The position numbers and the translations under genes are program-made. Shown in pieces: positions 10,049 to 13,883 of a stretch of 13,883 nt of DNA (positions are counted from its first letter, which is position 1; each line of letters begins with the position of its first letter). The notes under the pieces are model-generated. The model had not been told where the DNA came from. It saw only the letters and a program-made list of their open reading frames with translations, and did not search any database. The DNA is taken from positions 1 to 13,883 of the forward strand of contig JADGIF010000224.1 in NCBI GenBank assembly GCA_018985225.1, written 5' to 3'. This stretch comes from Amoeboradix gromovi X-113 (lineage: Eukaryota; Fungi; Sanchytriomycota).

Positions 10049-10054
10049 AACTCT

Positions 10055-10733
10055 TTATTGATGCGAGTCAGCAAATCTCAAATATGGCAGTACTGTCTTT
10101 ACGTTTTTATATTTTCCGATTTCTTCCTCTGTCTTCACTGTAGGCGGAATTATAATACGATCGCCGTGCTTCCAATTAACCGGACTAAGTAAATAAATGA
10201 TACGTAGCACATGCAAACTTTTCACTCTGTAAGAAACAATCAATAACTCTTAATAACTCCTGGGCGTTACGACCTACTGCAGCAGGATAAGTAATGATGG
10301 CTCTAATTACCTTTTTAGTATCAATAAAAAAAACCGATCTGACAGTTAATGGCATGCCTTTGAGATCCACGTTTGTAGCATCTTGTTGATCTAACATATC
10401 AAACAAAGTAGCTACTTTTCTATCTAGATCTGCAATTACCGGATACTTGACTTGTGTTTGACCATAATCTCCTACTTCCTTTAACCACTTGTGATGAGAC
10501 TCTAACTCATCACAACTTAATCCAATCAATTGAACATTTCGCTTTTCAAATTCAGGAGTCAGTTTTGCAATTTCAGCTAGTTCAGTAGTGCAAACAGGCG
10601 TGAAATCTTGAGGATGAGAAAATAGTAGTGTCCATTTATTGTCAATAAACTGATGAAAGTTAATTTTACCATGGGTCGACACAGCATCAAAGTTCGGAAC
10701 TTTGGATCCAATTCTCAAGCTATTAGATGACAT
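10055..10733 (-). CDS. PRX1: 1-Cys peroxiredoxin (Prx6 subfamily); exons 10733-10204 and 10184-10055, 219 aa
   Basis: FSHPQDFTPVCTTEL active site; RAIITYPAAVGRN; splicing gives CAT|PVNWKHGDRIII...LPYLRF, the normal Prx6 C-terminus. Confidence 0.95.
10185..10203 (-). other. 19-nt spliceosomal intron (phase 2)
   Basis: Minus strand reads GCT AC|GTATCATTTATTTACTTAG|T CCG GTT AAT TGG. Removal restores the conserved ATPVNW. A is at -6 within a degenerate TTTAC branch motif. Confidence 0.94.
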
Positions 10734-11037
10734 CCGGTGTGTTAAGGAGATCTATTTGCTCAGGAAAAATCGTACCAATAGCAGTTAGAGCACGTTGAAA
10801 ATGTGACTTCCCAATAATTTCGGTAGGATGGAGAAATAATATCTAGTTGTGTTGAGCCAAATTTACAAACTCGGACTAATTTTTCAATGACGTGATAGGT
10901 CTTCCCTACTAACGCTTTTGGCGGGCTTTCGGACACACAGCAAGTCTACAACTCTTTTTCTTATTGTCAACCGCTTTTACCCACTTTCAACTTGTCACAC
11001 CATGTCCCATTTGTTTTCAAAACAGGAGCTTAACTTT

Positions 11038-12447
11038 ATGATTTTCAATTTGATTACCATAAGTGCATTCCTTCCAATAAAGGATTTTTCAAATCATAGG
11101 CTACCAGAAGTATTAGAATTTGCCGCACTTGTCAAACTGGGTGGGATTTCATATCAAGATTCATTACCGCAAGGGCTATTGCAAATGCTTAAGTTCAATT
11201 GCAATCTTAGTGGTAAGAAATCCATTTATTCTGGATTTAATTCCAAAATGGTTACACTTCAAACTATTGAGGATGAGGTTGTCGATAATGAAATGGTTTG
11301 GGAAGCTTATTTAGGAAAGTCTATTCAATTGGTAAGAAGATGTTTAAAGGCTGTTCCAGAACATAAATGGTGCATATTTTGGAAAAGGTCATTAGACAAT
11401 TTTAAAAAGACACTACCGGAAATGCCTATTATGAGATGTCATCACAATGAAATTAAAGATATCAATCCAATTGATAATGTAATGTTATTTAGTAAATACA
11501 AGAAACTGCCACCATTTGAACAACTAAAAATATTTATTGGAATGGCTACCCATCGGATAAATGTGCTAAAGCCTACCATAGAGAAGGAGTTTGCTATAAA
11601 ATCTTGGCCAGATAAAACTTTATGGGCTGCATCTTTATGGTCATATACTCTGACCAGAGAGTGTGAAAAAGATGCGGACTCAGCAGCTTGTTACCATTAC
11701 TTAGCACTCTACGAATCTATACCTACGACCAGGCCTGATATATTGTATTCTCTGCAGCGAATATATGCCGCTATTTTAGAACCAAAGTATCAAAAAATTG
11801 GGCAAAAACAGAAAAAAGCAAAGAAGGTTATTAATCTCATACAGCTAGATAGATTAGGACCGACTGAAAAGTTGCAGAAGACTCGATCATTTAAAGTTTT
11901 GAGACAAATTGTACAGCAACTAGAAAACGCAGGTAGAAGAGGTAGTGGGTATGGTGGCGGACATCAACATGGTGGGCACCATTACGGTGGGCACCAGCAT
12001 GGCGGGCGTCAGAAAAGCAAGGTTACCAAAGACTACTACAAGGTTTTGGATGTGGAGCCTAGCGCATCTACAGCCGAGATTAAATCAGCTTATCGCAAAT
12101 TAGCAAAAAAATACCATCCTGATTTATACAAAAAACAAGATGGTGACACTGAAGAAACTGTGAAAATTAAAATGCAAGGAATAAACGAGGCTTACGATGT
12201 TTTGAAGGATCCTGAAAAAAAGAAGCTGTTTGACCAAGGTATTGATCCTAATGATCCCAATGCGAATAACAGAGGCCACCCAGGAGCCAATCCATTTGAC
12301 ATGTTCTTTGGTGGTGGTGGTCGAGGTGGGCAACGTGGTGGAAATCAGTTTGTCTTCACTTCAGGTGGAGGCTTTCCAGATTTTGAATTTCCTCAAGGCG
12401 GTAGTTATAAATTTAATTTAGGTGGCTTTCAGTTTGTATTTCAATAA
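11038..12447 (+). CDS. DNAJC3/P58IPK/Jem1-like ER J-domain co-chaperone with divergent TPR region; start at 11038 or 11002
   Basis: C-terminal J domain ([25 protein letters not shown]), then [10 protein letters not shown] and a G/F-rich tail. [14 protein letters not shown] resembles the DNAJC3 VRECLKLDxDHKxC motif. Hydrophobic [12 protein letters not shown] may be a signal peptide. Confidence 0.8.
   Translation: MIFNLITISAFLPIKDFSNHRLPEVLEFAALVKLGGISYQDSLPQGLLQMLKFNCNLSGKKSIYSGFNSKMVTLQTIEDEVVDNEMVWEAYLGKSIQLVRRCLKAVPEHKWCIFWKRSLDNFKKTLPEMPIMRCHHNEIKDINPIDNVMLFSKYKKLPPFEQLKIFIGMATHRINVLKPTIEKEFAIKSWPDKTLWAASLWSYTLTRECEKDADSAACYHYLALYESIPTTRPDILYSLQRIYAAILEPKYQKIGQKQKKAKKVINLIQLDRLGPTEKLQKTRSFKVLRQIVQQLENAGRRGSGYGGGHQHGGHHYGGHQHGGRQKSKVTKDYYKVLDVEPSASTAEIKSAYRKLAKKYHPDLYKKQDGDTEETVKIKMQGINEAYDVLKDPEKKKLFDQGIDPNDPNANNRGHPGANPFDMFFGGGGRGGQRGGNQFVFTSGGGFPDFEFPQGGSYKFNLGGFQFVFQ
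11956..12012 (+). repeat. Degenerate 15-nt coding tandem repeat ([19 protein letters not shown])
   Basis: GGCGGACATCAACAT GGTGGGCACCATTAC GGTGGGCACCAGCAT GGCGGGCGTCAG, immediately before the J domain. Confidence 0.85.
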
Positions 12448-13119
12448 AATAATGCTTAAATAACTTATTTTTATAACATTTGAATTAATTTATGCATCAA
12501 AGCTATCGATTTAGTTTAATAAACCATTTATTATAATTAACTGAGCTATATTGCTCCATCATACTCTCTTTTTAACCGCATAAAATAACCTTTCTTTTAA
12601 TCAATTGCAAGTAGGTTGAAATAGTCTCACCTGCATTCGTCATATCTAAGAAAATTACTAGCAGACAAAGAAGATACTCGTTCTCAAGATCTGCCAGATA
12701 TCGCTATGAAATTTACAAGACATTCAAGATTCATTTGGGGTTTCCACATTTCCTCAGAATAGATCATCTGATATGCGAGTATCATCCAGCAAACACAGAG
12801 AGGATGCTGAGTGCCAACAAAGTGCCCTATTTAAAGACTCTTATTCACTGAAACTGTTAAAGACATTGGAAGTAGAGGCGTCATAAGCAACAAGGAATGT
12901 GCTTCAATATATGCATCCCTATTCAGTCCCACCCAAGGCACTGGAAGCGTAAGCAGCCGCTATAATGGAGCTACTGGCTTCTTTCTGTCTTTGCGGAAAT
13001 TCTTAATTTCTCCTAAATCAGGGCTTTTGACAAGGAGTCTAGTTTTTGAAGCCTCTAATGTGCTTTAGTTTTATTTGACCGCAGAATTTAGGAGCAACAA
13101 AGCATATAAATCAAATGGT

Positions 13120-13647
13120 TTATTTCAAGACATTTTCCTGGTTTTCATGACTGCATTGATCTTCAGAATTAAGAGCATCAATCCCTTGCGACTTAGATAG
13201 CATGTTTTTCTCATCAGGTCTTGGAATTTCGTACTCTTCGCAGTATTTCAGATAGCCTTTAACTAACTTCTTTAGTTTTTCATTCTTACTTTCCAAAATA
13301 AGCTTATCTCCTTCCAATTCTTTAGTCTTTAGTTCATTTACGTGATTCAAATTAAATAGTTTCTTATTTTGGATCTTGAGAAGTTCAATCTCTTTTTCGT
13401 ATGCATCTAATTGAGATTGAAGAGTTTCAATAGCCTCGTGAGCTGTTGTTTGATATTCCTGTTCAACGATTTCAAGTTCCTTTTTGAATTCATTCAATTC
13501 AGTATTGTGTTGCCTGTCTAGCTCTACATAATACTTCTGTAATTGATGGAGTAGCTTTGTAAAATGCTTCGAATTATTTCCAACCTCATTTACAGAAGCA
13601 GCCTTCAAGCAGTCTTTTAATGCGATTGCTTGATCTCTTTGTTTCAT
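13120..13647 (-). CDS. Hypothetical coiled-coil protein, about 175 aa (start uncertain)
   Basis: E/K/L/Q-rich heptad pattern over more than 100 aa. The ATG at 13647 has TCCC 9 nt upstream, and the stop overlaps AATAAA. No family recognised. Confidence 0.7.
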   Translation of the reverse strand: MKQRDQAIALKDCLKAASVNEVGNNSKHFTKLLHQLQKYYVELDRQHNTELNEFKKELEIVEQEYQTTAHEAIETLQSQLDAYEKEIELLKIQNKKLFNLNHVNELKTKELEGDKLILESKNEKLKKLVKGYLKYCEEYEIPRPDEKNMLSKSQGIDALNSEDQCSHENQENVLK

Positions 13648-13750
13648 ATAATATTTGGGACATGCTCTGTGAAAATTATACGGAAGGTAAAAATAGATGG
13701 CCAACATTCCATCAAAAGATCCCAAAACCTTGGTGTGTAGGTCCTAGCAT

Positions 13751-13775
13751 AAAATTGTACCTCCAGTACAATTTT
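13751..13775. repeat. Perfect 10-bp inverted repeat with 5-nt spacer
   Basis: AAAATTGTAC-CTCCA-GTACAATTTT. Confidence 0.8.
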
Positions 13776-13883
13776 TAGTAAAACCATAAAACTCAAGAAT
13801 TGTAGACCTGGCACAAACAGAATCTATGCTGGGACACACAGTGTCCACAAAATATGAAATAAGATGATGTTAAAAAGCAAGAC

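Noticed and set aside
3113-10243. Pseudogenes, programmed frameshifts or sequencing errors as the cause of the split USP, PEPC and PRX ORFs
   Set aside because: In all three cases the extra sequence is exactly 19 nt, is bounded by GTA and YAG, and its removal rebuilds the conserved motif. A single indel would leave six extra codons inside a conserved motif.
6833-11028. AGGAG words as Shine-Dalgarno sites
   Set aside because: The genes are eukaryotic and intron-bearing, and in three of four cases AGGAG is on the non-coding strand.
1266-12421. Short ORFs nested in or antisense to the main genes (1266-1493, 4093-4281, 4781-4969, 5936-6172, 6253-6627, 6509-6706, 7853-8035, 8064-8504, 8555-8752, 11120-11314, 12124-12333, 12230-12421)
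   Set aside because: They are shadow frames of well-supported CDSs and contain no recognisable motifs.
12795-12812. ACAGAGA as the U6 snRNA box
   Set aside because: There is no AGC triad at the right spacing and no U6 internal stem-loop follows.
1-13883. Stop-codon reassignment (for example TAA/TAG read as Gln, as in some aphelids)
   Set aside because: Conserved proteins are uninterrupted in the standard code and end at TAA or TGA at their expected C-termini.

Overview
This is a gene-dense, AT-rich eukaryotic nuclear window in the standard genetic code, most consistent with a reduced early-diverging fungus or fungal relative (Holomycota). It encodes calcineurin A, a compact Ubp2-like deubiquitinase, a three-finger C2H2 protein, phosphoenolpyruvate carboxylase (PEPC), a Str2-type cystathionine gamma-synthase, a short Ufe1/syntaxin-18, a 1-Cys peroxiredoxin, a DNAJC3/Jem1-like co-chaperone and a coiled-coil protein. 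The main hidden signal is a tiny-intron system. The three 'split' ORF pairs (USP, PEPC, peroxiredoxin) are each repaired by removing an intron of exactly 19 nt (GTA...YAG, putative branch A fixed 6 nt from the 3' end). A fourth, in-frame 21-nt candidate hides in calcineurin. PEPC, classically regarded as absent from fungi and animals, carries one of these introns inside its catalytic motif, so it is a resident nuclear gene. Other signals are a TCC(C/T) element just upstream of most start codons, AATAAA fused to stop codons, and two unexplained gaps (about 6.95-7.9 kb and 12.45-13.1 kb).
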